Below, one piece after another: positions 21,226 through 30,363 of a DNA stretch of 64,000 bases; position 1 is the stretch's first letter; each line of letters begins with the position of its first letter. Source of the DNA: Bacillota bacterium (lineage in GTDB: Bacteria; Bacillota; Clostridia; Oscillospirales; Ruminococcaceae); NCBI GenBank assembly GCA_023391005.1, contig JAEWBS010000112.1:2143-66142 (forward strand). The letters are read 5' to 3'. The position numbers were made by a program, and so were the translations under genes. The notes below the pieces were generated by a model. The model had not been told where the DNA came from and did no database searches. It saw only the letters and a program-made list of their open reading frames with translations.

Positions 21226-21426
21226 CGGCGTGCCCTGCCCTTTTTCGCCCCGAAAACGACCGGGTAGAATAAAGCCCCCGTCTTTGTTTGGCGTCGCCTT
21301 TTTCTTGAATAGATCTGTTATAAAACAAGCCCGGGGCATGCCCCGGGCTTGAAACGTTTTTATGATAGGCACAGCACCGTACCGACGCAGCTCTTTTGGC
21401 TCCTACAGCGCCGCACTGATGCGCGC

Positions 21427-22746
21427 TTACGAAACAACCGACAGCTTCCGTCCGGTGACCGGCGCAATGTTAAACACCAGCACATCCACAGCGAAAAGGT
21501 TGTTTTTGTAATTGACCTCCATCTCGCCGTTATATTTGGCGACCGTTTTACGAACACTTTCTAACCCGTAGCCGTGGTTGGCGGCGTCTTGATGCCGTGT
21601 TTTTATCCGCCCGCCCTCCAAAAGAATGTCACCGCTGAAAGGGTTCTTAATATGGATATAAAGCGCCTCACGGTCAAACTCCAGAGAAACGGCGATCGTG
21701 TGCCGCGTGTCCTTTGGCAGCTGTTTGACAGCGTTGATCGCGTTATCCAAAAGGTTGAACAGAATTGCGCTTAAATCAAACGGCGCGATATTCAGCTCGG
21801 GCGGCACCTTAATCTGGCAGTCCAGCGCGATACCGAAGGACTCGGCCTCCTGCGCTTTGTTGTTGATGACGCTGTCGATGGCGACATTGCCCGAGTTGAC
21901 AAGGCTGCTGCTGATGGTCAGCGTTTTATAGCTTTCCTGTATGTAATCAATGACCTCCTGCCGGCTGCCCTCCTGAAGCAGGCCCTGAATCGCCGCCATA
22001 TGGTTGCGCATGTCATGATAGAGAATGCGAATATTGCGCTGGGATTGAAAGATCGTCTCATATTGCTTAATGTACAGGTTGTTCTGCTGGTTGAGCAGCT
22101 CTTTGGTTCTGATCTGCTTGGCTCGGTCCTTAATGCTGTCGTAAAGATAGATGACGATAAAATTCATCAACAACAGCAGCGCAAGGCTCGCCGTAATAAA
22201 GGCGTTGCTGCTGCGCAGCCGGTCGGCGGTCAGCACAAGCGCCATAAAGATGCTGATGGCCGAGATCAGACTGATGAAAACGAGCTGAAAAAATGAGACC
22301 ACGGGGTCCTCTTTCATGTCGGTGTGGCTCTTGATATTAAACGCGACGGCATACAGCAGCAGGCTGGTGATGACGATGACGACCGACGACTCAAAGATAT
22401 TGGGCGCAAAGCTGAAAAGCGCCGCGACGATCGATTCGACAATAATGCTGACCGTAAAAACAACAATGGTGGCCAAAACACGGGTGCCCCATCTGGCCTT
22501 ATACAACAGGGTGAGCAGCAGCGTGAGGATGATGTTGTCCGCCAAATTAATCAAAGGGTTTGCCCACAGCAGATAGGCCGCGCTGTTTATCAGAAAATAT
22601 CCGGCAAAGCAGACGAACTCCAACATTCTAAAACCCTTTTCCCGCCGGAAAAACAACGATAAAAATATAAAAATGGCATAGACGCGCAGCGCATTACAAC
22701 AACAATAAATAATATTGACTAAAAGACTATCCGTCATAGCGATCAC
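21427..22746 (-). CDS. agrC: AgrC/VirS-like GHKL sensor histidine kinase
   Basis: Multi-TM N-terminus, HDMRNH, NLLDNAI, HGYGL. Confidence 0.85.
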   Translation of the reverse strand: MIAMTDSLLVNIIYCCCNALRVYAIFIFLSLFFRREKGFRMLEFVCFAGYFLINSAAYLLWANPLINLADNIILTLLLTLLYKARWGTRVLATIVVFTVSIIVESIVAALFSFAPNIFESSVVIVITSLLLYAVAFNIKSHTDMKEDPVVSFFQLVFISLISAISIFMALVLTADRLRSSNAFITASLALLLLMNFIVIYLYDSIKDRAKQIRTKELLNQQNNLYIKQYETIFQSQRNIRILYHDMRNHMAAIQGLLQEGSRQEVIDYIQESYKTLTISSSLVNSGNVAIDSVINNKAQEAESFGIALDCQIKVPPELNIAPFDLSAILFNLLDNAINAVKQLPKDTRHTIAVSLEFDREALYIHIKNPFSGDILLEGGRIKTRHQDAANHGYGLESVRKTVAKYNGEMEVNYKNNLFAVDVLVFNIAPVTGRKLSVVS

Positions 22747-23452
22747 CCTTCTTCTTTTTCAACAGCCAGTTTCTGATGTGTTTTCTATAAGTTTGACTGA
22801 TCGGTAAAACGTCCTTGTTGATCATGACCACCTCGGTATAATTATATTTTTCGACCATGTTATGGTTAACCAGATAGGAATTATGTATCTCAAGCAGAAT
22901 GTCGGGAGAAATCTGCTTTAAAATATCATCCTTTTTGCCATAGAACGCATGCTCCCCTTTTTTGGTAACCAGACGAATCTTTTTACCCATACTTTCAAAA
23001 TAGAGGATGCTGCTGACCGGTATGCGCACCGTGCTGCGCTGTTCACTGAACTCAAAATAAGCGTGCTGTAACCGCATCAGCTTAATCGCGGTTAAAATCG
23101 CATTCTCCACCGTTTGGTAATCCAAGGGCTTAATCAGATAATCAAGCGGGCGTATTTTAAAAAGCGACATTGCATAGCTCGTCATGCCCGACATGAAAAC
23201 GATTTGCGTTTCATTGTCCTCATAATCGTCTCTGATGTTGCGGCCTATTTCGATTCCTGTCATCGTAGCCAGCTCAATATCGAGAAAGAGTAGATCGAAT
23301 TTATCCGTCTGCAGACAGTAGCATAGCGATTCACCTGTATAAAATACACTGATGTCAAAATCGAGATTGTTGTTTCTGCCCGCACGGAGAACAAGATCTT
23401 CTAACTGCGCACAAAGGACTCGATCATCATCACAAATTGCAACGCGTATCAT
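22727..23452 (-). CDS. agrA: LytTR response regulator (AgrA-like)
   Basis: ICDDD, FLDIE, YLIKP receiver; ILYFES, IHNSYLVN, LPISQ LytTR domain. Confidence 0.88.
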   Translation of the reverse strand: MIRVAICDDDRVLCAQLEDLVLRAGRNNNLDFDISVFYTGESLCYCLQTDKFDLLFLDIELATMTGIEIGRNIRDDYEDNETQIVFMSGMTSYAMSLFKIRPLDYLIKPLDYQTVENAILTAIKLMRLQHAYFEFSEQRSTVRIPVSSILYFESMGKKIRLVTKKGEHAFYGKKDDILKQISPDILLEIHNSYLVNHNMVEKYNYTEVVMINKDVLPISQTYRKHIRNWLLKKKKGDRYDG

Positions 23453-23893
23453 AAATCTTTACCCCACGCCTGAAGTCAAAGGAATTTATTCCAATTGCTT
23501 GTCGTCTATAATTATAGAATATCCCGCAAAATACCGCAACATAAAACGACGGTATTTAAAGAAATTACAGCAAAAAAACCATGTATCTATGCGGCCTCAC
23601 GGCATTTTAGTGGTAATTATAACAAGCTTTGGGAATAAAAAGAAAAGCGCCCCCGCAAAATATGTGGGGGCGCTCTCTTGCGCACTGGGGTTGGCACCGT
23701 TGGGCGTCTGTTCACGCGGGGACGCCCGGCGCAGAGCGGTGAAACACGCCGTCATTAGAGGGGCCAAAAGTTTAAATATAAGTAGCATTAATAAAATACA
23801 GCATATTCCGACGATGCTTTAAGCTTACGCAAGGCACCCGGTTGGCGGTCTAAAAACCCACCGCAGAATAGCGCCTTTTGGGGATGGTCGGGA

Positions 23894-24334
23894 CTATTTC
23901 CAAATATCGAGGCAGACGATATGCCCGTCCCGGTTGCGGATATAGCCGGTGGGCAGCTTTTGCTGCGCCACACTGCGCCGGGCCGAAAGCCGGCGGCGGG
24001 CCGCTTCTTTGCGCTGACTGAAATCCTCAATGCTCATAAACATCAGGCCCTGTTCAAAATAGCTTTCGAGCGTGATGACCGGCGGCTTGATCGGCTCGAC
24101 GGGCAGCGGCATCACATAGCCCCCCGCAAGGCGTTCGGCAGCCGCAACCGGCTCGTTGCTGTACAGGTGATCGTGTTCAATGTGGCACAACTCGTGCTTT
24201 AAGACCTTTTGTTGAAGCTCCAAAGACAGGCAGCTATTTATGTACACCGAATAGGTGCCGTCCGCGTTTGGCAATGTGACACCCTTGACGGTTGGCGGCA
24301 GGCTAATCAGACGTACAAATACGTCCTCTCTCAA
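23894..24334 (-). CDS. ImmA/IrrE-family metallopeptidase (anti-repressor-like)
   Basis: LPPTVKGVT..NADGTYSVYINSCLS...HELCHI (HExxH); TTG start overlaps the upstream TGA, preceded by GAGGAGG. Confidence 0.78.
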   Translation of the reverse strand: MREDVFVRLISLPPTVKGVTLPNADGTYSVYINSCLSLELQQKVLKHELCHIEHDHLYSNEPVAAAERLAGGYVMPLPVEPIKPPVITLESYFEQGLMFMSIEDFSQRKEAARRRLSARRSVAQQKLPTGYIRNRDGHIVCLDIWK

Positions 24335-24729
24335 CGGCCTTCCTCCTCGCGGCGCAGGGCTTCTATAATGGCAACGGCGCGCAAGACATCCTCCTTGGTG
24401 GCGCCCTTGGCCAGAGAAAACAGCATGCGGCATTCCTCGCGGTTTTTAAGCGTCTCTAAAAAGTCATTCAGCTCCGCGTCGCCATTGACATAACCGTCGG
24501 TTTTAGCGGCCGCCCTTGCCTTCACATGCTCCCCCGTCAGCAAATAATCGACCGACACATCTAAATAATCAGCGATCTTTTTCATCGTCTCAGCCTTTAG
24601 CGTATTGATACGCCCCATTTTTAAATCGGTTAAAGAACCGCGGCTCGCGCCCGAAAGCCGACACATATCGGTGATGGTAACGCCTTTCTCCTGACACAGT
24701 AGCTCAATCCTTTTGTACAATTCTGACAT
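24331..24729 (-). CDS. XRE/CI-like repressor (ImmR-like)
   Basis: RIELLCQEKGVTI..KIADYLDVSVDYLLTG. Confidence 0.88.
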   Translation of the reverse strand: MSELYKRIELLCQEKGVTITDMCRLSGASRGSLTDLKMGRINTLKAETMKKIADYLDVSVDYLLTGEHVKARAAAKTDGYVNGDAELNDFLETLKNREECRMLFSLAKGATKEDVLRAVAIIEALRREEEGR

Positions 24730-24761
24730 TTTTCAGTGCGCCCCCTTGTGCAAATGAGAAA

Positions 24762-24892
24762 ATTACGAATTCTCTTAAAATCCCTATTGCAAATTACGAT
24801 ATGTCGTGATATTATGAACTCAGATATTACGACATATCGTATACGACTTTTTATGATAACTCTAATATATTACAAGATGCCGTAATTGTCAA
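24762..24892. promoter_or_regulatory. face-to-face promoters with 3-4 ATTACG-N6-CGTAAT operators
   Basis: Operators at 24793, 24826, 24869 (weak one at 24762); rightward TTGCAA(24787)-N17-TATTAT(24810); leftward TTGACA(24887-24892)-N17-TATATT(24864-24869). Confidence 0.78.
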
Positions 24893-24989
24893 TGCCGCCG
24901 TTTGGCAGTCTGTAAATTTTTTTGATGCTATATTCAAGCATACGGAAAACATAAAACCGACCGACGTGTCCAGCAAGGAGGAACATACT

Positions 24990-25397
24990 TTGACCAACAG
25001 TGCAAAAAAAGATTTCTTGAGCCGATATGAAAACAACGAGCGTGAAATTAAGCGTCTTGAAGAGGACATGGCCTGCTGGAAATCACGGGCCGAAAGGGTC
25101 ACGGCCAGTTACAGTTTGGCGCCGGGATATAGCGGCGACGGCGATAGAATACAGACGGCGGTAGAAAACATTGTTGAGGTGCAGGCCATGCTGTACGACC
25201 GGCTTATCGATGCCGCGGAACTGCGCAGGGGCATTCAATCCGCCATAGACACCGTGGAGGACGAACGGCTGCGAACACTGCTCGAATACCGATACATAGA
25301 CGGGCACAAGTGGGAAAGTATTGCCGAAGCGCTAAACGTCGACTTTAGGCACACGCTTCGGCTGCACTGCCGCGCCTTGGACCAGATAAAAATATAG
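24990..25397 (+). CDS. phage ArpU/RinA-like late activator (DUF1492-like)
   Basis: AKKDFLSRY N-terminus; RTLLEYRYIDGHKWESIAEALN..LHCRAL sigma-region-4-like HTH; AAGGAGG RBS, TTG start. Confidence 0.78.
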   Translation: MTNSAKKDFLSRYENNEREIKRLEEDMACWKSRAERVTASYSLAPGYSGDGDRIQTAVENIVEVQAMLYDRLIDAAELRRGIQSAIDTVEDERLRTLLEYRYIDGHKWESIAEALNVDFRHTLRLHCRALDQIKI

Positions 25398-25518
25398 CCG
25401 ACTCCTCTATATTTATTTTCAAAATAATCTAACACTATCTGAGAATTTAAGCTTTTTAAGCATAGCGGCCCACACGCCGGTAAAACTATTGGTAATTAAA
25501 CTCTAGGGAGGCGTTGGT

Positions 25519-25704
25519 ATGCAGCTAAACACGCAGGACTATCTCAAAAAAGCGTTGCTTGACACACAGGAGCGCGTACGGGATTTTATGATGTATTCTG
25601 AAAAGGCAAGGGACGAGAATATCCAGAGCTTTTTCAGACAATATGCGGAATCCGAAGCACATCAAGCGGCGCAGATGCAACAATATATCGATCAGCTACA
25701 ATAA
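25519..25704 (+). CDS. small ferritin-like (half four-helix bundle) protein, possibly sporulation-related
   Basis: DTQERVRDF...ESEAHQA; GGGAGG RBS; own terminator. Confidence 0.65.
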   Translation: MQLNTQDYLKKALLDTQERVRDFMMYSEKARDENIQSFFRQYAESEAHQAAQMQQYIDQLQ

Positions 25705-25715
25705 GTCCAAGACGC

Positions 25716-25753
25716 GAGAAAACACCTCCGATTAATTTGGGGGTGTTTTCTTT
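25716..25753 (+). terminator. Rho-independent terminator
   Basis: gagaaaacacc...ggtgttttct stem plus T tract. Confidence 0.7.
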
Positions 25754-25783
25754 GTGAAGACGTGGGCAGACGCCAATATCTTA

Positions 25784-25798
25784 TGAAATAAAATTTCA
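25784..25798. promoter_or_regulatory. candidate RpiR operator
   Basis: TGAAATAAAATTTCA, identical to 26838-26852. Confidence 0.7.
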
Positions 25799-25847
25799 AA
25801 CAAATTGTTATTTTTATAACTTTATGATACAATAGCCTCAAGAAGAG

Positions 25848-26705
25848 GTGAGTCGGTTGCTTTATGCGTCATGCTTAACAAATATCCAAGCCAAAATGCC
25901 CATGCTGACCGAAACCGAAAAAAAGGTTGCGGCCTATATATTAGAGAACCAGCGAAAAACGCTCGAATGTACGGTTTCGGAACTGGCGGAACAATCGGGT
26001 GTCAGCGATGCTACCATCATACGCTTCTGCAAGAAGATCGGCTATGACGGGTATCAGGAATTCAAGATCAGTCTGGCGCAGGATACCCTTCTCCCCTATA
26101 AGCAGCTTTATTACGATCTTGAAAAAGGCGATTCGATCTCTGAGATTGTCGAAAAGGTTATCTCAGCCGAGATAGAGGTGCTGCAAGAAACGCAGAATAC
26201 CCTCAACGACGCATTGATTCAAAAGGCGGCGGAAACGATTTTAAAAGCGAACCGGTGCATTGTGGTCGGCAGCGGCGGCAGCACGCTGATCGGGCAGGAT
26301 TTTATGCACAAGCTGCTCAAGATCGGCATCCGCTGCGCGGTTCCGACCGACGCCGATATTCAGGCGATGGAAGCGTCATTGATGCTGCCGGGCGACGTTT
26401 TGATCGGAATCTCCCATTCGGGGGCGAACAAAAATGTCATTGAATGCATGAAGATCGCCCGCGAAAACGGCGTCACGATCATCGGGCTGACCTCGTCCCA
26501 TAAGGCCCCAATACAAAAGCAGAGCGACATTTTAATTGTAGCGCCCTCCAAGCGGACGGTATTCCACTCCGAGTCGGCCACCGCCCGCATCGCCCAGCTG
26601 GCCGTGCTCGATGTGCTGGTCGCTGCCATTTCTCTGGCGGATTACGAAAAGGCTTACGGCGCCATACAAAAAACACGAGCGGCAACGGCCAACCGGAAAT
26701 TTTAA
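25848..26705 (+). CDS. MurR/RpiR family regulator
   Basis: VSDATIIRFCKKIGY HTH; SIS domain GISHSG. Confidence 0.93.
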   Translation: MSRLLYASCLTNIQAKMPMLTETEKKVAAYILENQRKTLECTVSELAEQSGVSDATIIRFCKKIGYDGYQEFKISLAQDTLLPYKQLYYDLEKGDSISEIVEKVISAEIEVLQETQNTLNDALIQKAAETILKANRCIVVGSGGSTLIGQDFMHKLLKIGIRCAVPTDADIQAMEASLMLPGDVLIGISHSGANKNVIECMKIARENGVTIIGLTSSHKAPIQKQSDILIVAPSKRTVFHSESATARIAQLAVLDVLVAAISLADYEKAYGAIQKTRAATANRKF

Positions 26706-26836
26706 AAAATGAAAAGTTGATAGATTGAAGCAGAGTGAAAGATTATTTTTAAAATAATCTTTCACTTTCTTTTAGCTAAAATAGCCTTAATTAGAAAAAA
26801 TATTTCAACATTGTGCTGAAAAGCATCGCCGGTGTA

Positions 26837-26864
26837 TTGAAATAAAATTTCATAGATGTATAAT
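26837..26864 (+). promoter_or_regulatory. operon promoter with overlapping RpiR operator
   Basis: TTGAAA-N16-TATAAT; operator TGAAATAAAATTTCA at 26838-26852. Confidence 0.7.
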
Positions 26865-26895
26865 GAAGCCTGTAATAAATATTTAGCTTGAGGAG

Positions 26896-27942
26896 ATGGA
26901 TACCTTGCGAGCAGTTGTATTGAACGGGCCGAATGACTTTTCCGCACAGCAGATAGAAAAGCCTTCGATCTCAGAAAATGAACTATTAGTAGAAATGAAA
27001 AAAGCCGCTATCTGCGGGACGGATATGCGTATTTTAGAGGGCAAAAAAACCAAAGGCATTCGTTATCCCTCAGTTATCGGCCACGAGATTTGCGGCGTTA
27101 TCGCCGAGGTAGGGGCCAATGTGCAGGGCTTCAGCGCGGGCGAGCGTGTTGCTATAGCAAACGTTATCCCCTGCGGGCATTGCAGCAGCTGCCTTTCGGG
27201 ACGCGAGAATGCCTGCCTCAACCGCAAGGCCCTCGCGTACGAATATGACGGCGGCTTCGCCGAATATGTGCGCGTTCCTGAAAATTGCATTCAGGCGGGC
27301 AATGTGGTCAAGCTGCCCGACGACGTGTCGTTTACGGCGGGCGCGCTGATCGAGCCGCTCGCGTGCTGCATCCGCGGCATGAGAAACGCGGGTACCGGCT
27401 TTGACGACACCGTTTTGGTCGTGGGTGCGGGTCCCATCGGCCTGATGCATCTTCAGCTTTCTAAAATAGCGGGCGCGCGCAAGGTCATCGTCAGCGAGCC
27501 CAATGCGTTCCGCCGCGAAAAGGCGCAGCAGCTCGGCGCAGACCTCGTCGTCGACCCCACCTCGGAAAAGCTTGACGAGATTATTATGCGCGAGACCGAC
27601 GGCCTTGGCGTCGATGTTATCATTCTCGCGATCGGCGTGCCCGCCATCGTCAACTCGACGATCAAGCTTTGCAAAAAGGGCGGAACCGTCTGCCTGTTCG
27701 CCGGCTTCTCGGGCACCGGCGAGTGCACAATTGAAGCGAACGTCATCCATTACGGTGAGATCAACGTCTGCGGCTCGACGGCCTATAAGCGGGTCGATTA
27801 TCTGGCCGCGGCCGAGATGGTCAAGCGCAAGAGAATCGACCTTGACGCCATCGCGACCCACAGCTTTAAGATTGAGGAATTTCAGAACGCCTATGAACTT
27901 TCTAAAAGCGGTCAGGGCCTGAAAATCGTCATTGAACCCTAA
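26896..27942 (+). CDS. Zn-dependent polyol/sugar dehydrogenase (MDR family)
   Basis: CGTD, GHE, CGHCSSC..C, GAGPIG. Confidence 0.92.
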   Translation: MDTLRAVVLNGPNDFSAQQIEKPSISENELLVEMKKAAICGTDMRILEGKKTKGIRYPSVIGHEICGVIAEVGANVQGFSAGERVAIANVIPCGHCSSCLSGRENACLNRKALAYEYDGGFAEYVRVPENCIQAGNVVKLPDDVSFTAGALIEPLACCIRGMRNAGTGFDDTVLVVGAGPIGLMHLQLSKIAGARKVIVSEPNAFRREKAQQLGADLVVDPTSEKLDEIIMRETDGLGVDVIILAIGVPAIVNSTIKLCKKGGTVCLFAGFSGTGECTIEANVIHYGEINVCGSTAYKRVDYLAAAEMVKRKRIDLDAIATHSFKIEEFQNAYELSKSGQGLKIVIEP

Positions 27943-27964
27943 GGAATAGAGAGGAAGATTTTTT

Positions 27965-28801
27965 ATGGCAATGTTAGGCAAGCAAGTCCGGATGAGCCGG
28001 CTGGTCAACCCCAAGAGCGACAAGATGATGGCGATCACCGTCGACCACGCCATCTCGAGAGGCATTGCGCCGATGACCGGCCTTCAGCCCATTCAGAAGA
28101 CCGTCGACGCCATTGTGGCGGGCAAACCCGACGCCATGACCATGACCAAGGGCATTGCGGAGCACTGCATGTGGGATAACGCGGGCAAGGTGTCGATTCT
28201 GCTCAAGTGCTCGAGCTATTCGCCGGTGCACCCCACCCGAGACGTCTCGTTTGGCACGGTGGATGAAGCGATCCGCATGGGTGCCGACGCCGTTTCGATC
28301 GGCGCTATGACGCTGGGCGATTATCAGGACGTGCAGTTTGCCGAGATCGGCCGCTTTTCTGAGGAATGCATGGCCAAGGGCATGCCGCTGATCGGCCACA
28401 TCTACCCTAAGGGTGAAAGCGTACCCGCCGACAAGCGCACCGCATGGGAAAATATTGCGTACTCCTGCCGCGCGGCGGCTGAGCTGGGCATCGACATCAT
28501 CAAGACAACCTACACCGGCGACCCCGACAGCATGGCCCGCGTCGTCGACTGCTGCCCGGCGCGCGTCGTGATTCAGGGCGGCGACGCCTGCAATACACTT
28601 GACGATTACCTGAACATGACCCGCGAGGCGATGGACTGCGGCGTCGGCGGCGTGACGATGGGCCGCTTTGTCTGGGACTATAAAGATATTACGGCGCTGG
28701 TTGTCGCGCTGCGCTATATCATCCACGAGGGCTACAGCGTCAAGGAGGCCAAGCAGCTTCTCGCGCAGCTCGAAAACGACAAAAACTACGACAAATTCTA
28801 A
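27965..28801 (+). CDS. DhnA/LsrF-family class I aldolase
   Basis: VDHA, AIRMGADAV, AAELGIDIIKT, QGG, MGRFVW. Confidence 0.88.
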   Translation: MAMLGKQVRMSRLVNPKSDKMMAITVDHAISRGIAPMTGLQPIQKTVDAIVAGKPDAMTMTKGIAEHCMWDNAGKVSILLKCSSYSPVHPTRDVSFGTVDEAIRMGADAVSIGAMTLGDYQDVQFAEIGRFSEECMAKGMPLIGHIYPKGESVPADKRTAWENIAYSCRAAAELGIDIIKTTYTGDPDSMARVVDCCPARVVIQGGDACNTLDDYLNMTREAMDCGVGGVTMGRFVWDYKDITALVVALRYIIHEGYSVKEAKQLLAQLENDKNYDKF

Positions 28802-28826
28802 CGATCAATAGAGGCGGTGAAGAATT

Positions 28827-30347
28827 TTGGCTCGTTACCTGCTGGGCATCGATATCGGCACAGGCAGTGTCAAGGTGGCGCTTTTAAACGAGGACGCCAA
28901 GGTTTTGGCGCTGGCGGCCAGAGAGTACGGCATCATCCGCCCCCGCCCCGGCTATGAACAGATTGACCGCCACGATTTATGGAACAAATTTATCGAGGCG
29001 CTGATCGAGGTGAGCGGCCAACCATCCGCCGACCTCACGCAGGTCGCAGGTATCGGCATTTCGTGCCTGTGCCCCGGACTGACGGCCTTTTCATCCGATG
29101 GTGAGGTTCTGCTCGACCCCATTCTCTATACCGACCGCAGAAGCATTGCCGAGGCCGATTATATCAAGGCGACCGTCGGACCTGAGCGGCTGTTTTCAAT
29201 CACGGCCAATTCGGCCATGGCGGGCGCGATCTCCGGCACCTCGATGCTCTGGGTCAAGAACCATCAGCCCGAGGTGTATGCCAAAATCAAGTATTTCGGG
29301 CATGTAAACACGCTGTTCGGGGCTCTGCTGACCGGCTGCTATGGCATCGACTATTCCAACGCCTCTTATACCGCGCTATTTGATACCGCCGGTTCCCGCA
29401 CGTGGTCGCAGGCGCTCTGCGACGCGATCGGCATCGACCTTGCAAAGCTGCCGCCGCTGCTCAAATCGACCGATATCGTCGGCGGGTTGACAAATCAAGT
29501 GGTCATCGCACTGGGCATTCCCGCCAAAACGCCGGTCGTCATCGGCGGTGCGGACACCCCCTGCGCATCAATCACCTGCGGGGTGCTACGCCATGGCGAC
29601 GCCTGTGAGTCGGTGGGCACAACCAACGTGCTGACCATCTGCACCGAGAAGCCAAACTTCAACCCCGGGTTCATCAACCGCTGTCATGTCGTGGACGGCA
29701 AATGGATCTATCAGGGCGCTATGTCGAACACCGGCGCCTCCTACCGCTGGGCGCGCGAGGAGCTTTCAAAGGATTTAAAAGCGCGCGCGGCCCAGACCGA
29801 CGGCGACACCTACGCGCTGATGAACCAGGAGGTGGCGCAGACCAAGCCGGGCGCGGGCGGCATCGTTTTTCTCCCCTATATGGCCGGCGAGCGCTGCCCG
29901 ATCTGGGACCCCTACGCCAAGGGCGTTTTCTTCGGCGTGACGCTCGACAGCAAGCGCGGGGATATGCTGCGCGCAATCCTCGAGGGCTGCGGCTATGGCA
30001 TGCGTCAGCTTTATGAGATTGCCGAGCAGGTCACCGGGACGCGCTACACCCGTCTTCTGTCGGTTGGCGGCGGCGCAAAAAACAGAGTGTGGGCGCAGAT
30101 TAAGGCTGACATCACCGGAAAAACCATTGAGACACTCGACATCAGCGAAGCGGCCGTGATCGGCGCCGCGCTGTTGGCCGGTGTGGGCGTGGGCATCTAT
30201 GCCTCGGTCGAGAATGCTGCGGCGCATATTGAACACAACATCTATCAGGTTATGACACCGAACCCCGAAAATGAGGAGCTTTATACAAAACTTTACAAGA
30301 TATACATGACGTTATATCCCAGAATCAAAGAATTGTATAAAATGTAA
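28827..30347 (+). CDS. FGGY-family carbohydrate kinase (xylulokinase-like)
   Basis: LGIDIGTGSVK, GGAD, FLPYMAGERCP, VGGGAKN. Confidence 0.92.
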   Translation: MARYLLGIDIGTGSVKVALLNEDAKVLALAAREYGIIRPRPGYEQIDRHDLWNKFIEALIEVSGQPSADLTQVAGIGISCLCPGLTAFSSDGEVLLDPILYTDRRSIAEADYIKATVGPERLFSITANSAMAGAISGTSMLWVKNHQPEVYAKIKYFGHVNTLFGALLTGCYGIDYSNASYTALFDTAGSRTWSQALCDAIGIDLAKLPPLLKSTDIVGGLTNQVVIALGIPAKTPVVIGGADTPCASITCGVLRHGDACESVGTTNVLTICTEKPNFNPGFINRCHVVDGKWIYQGAMSNTGASYRWAREELSKDLKARAAQTDGDTYALMNQEVAQTKPGAGGIVFLPYMAGERCPIWDPYAKGVFFGVTLDSKRGDMLRAILEGCGYGMRQLYEIAEQVTGTRYTRLLSVGGGAKNRVWAQIKADITGKTIETLDISEAAVIGAALLAGVGVGIYASVENAAAHIEHNIYQVMTPNPENEELYTKLYKIYMTLYPRIKELYKM

Positions 30348-30363
30348 AACAGGAGGAAAAGAA

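Noticed and set aside
25460..25488. SigF/SigG-type promoter GCATA-N14-GGTAAAACTA before the 61-aa gene
   Set aside because: Spacing is one short of the usual consensus; plausible but too weak to call.
27070..28726. Long antisense ORFs (27070-28065, 27974-28726; likewise 46475-47386 and 59809-60765)
   Set aside because: They lie opposite well-supported genes and are explained by GC codon bias.
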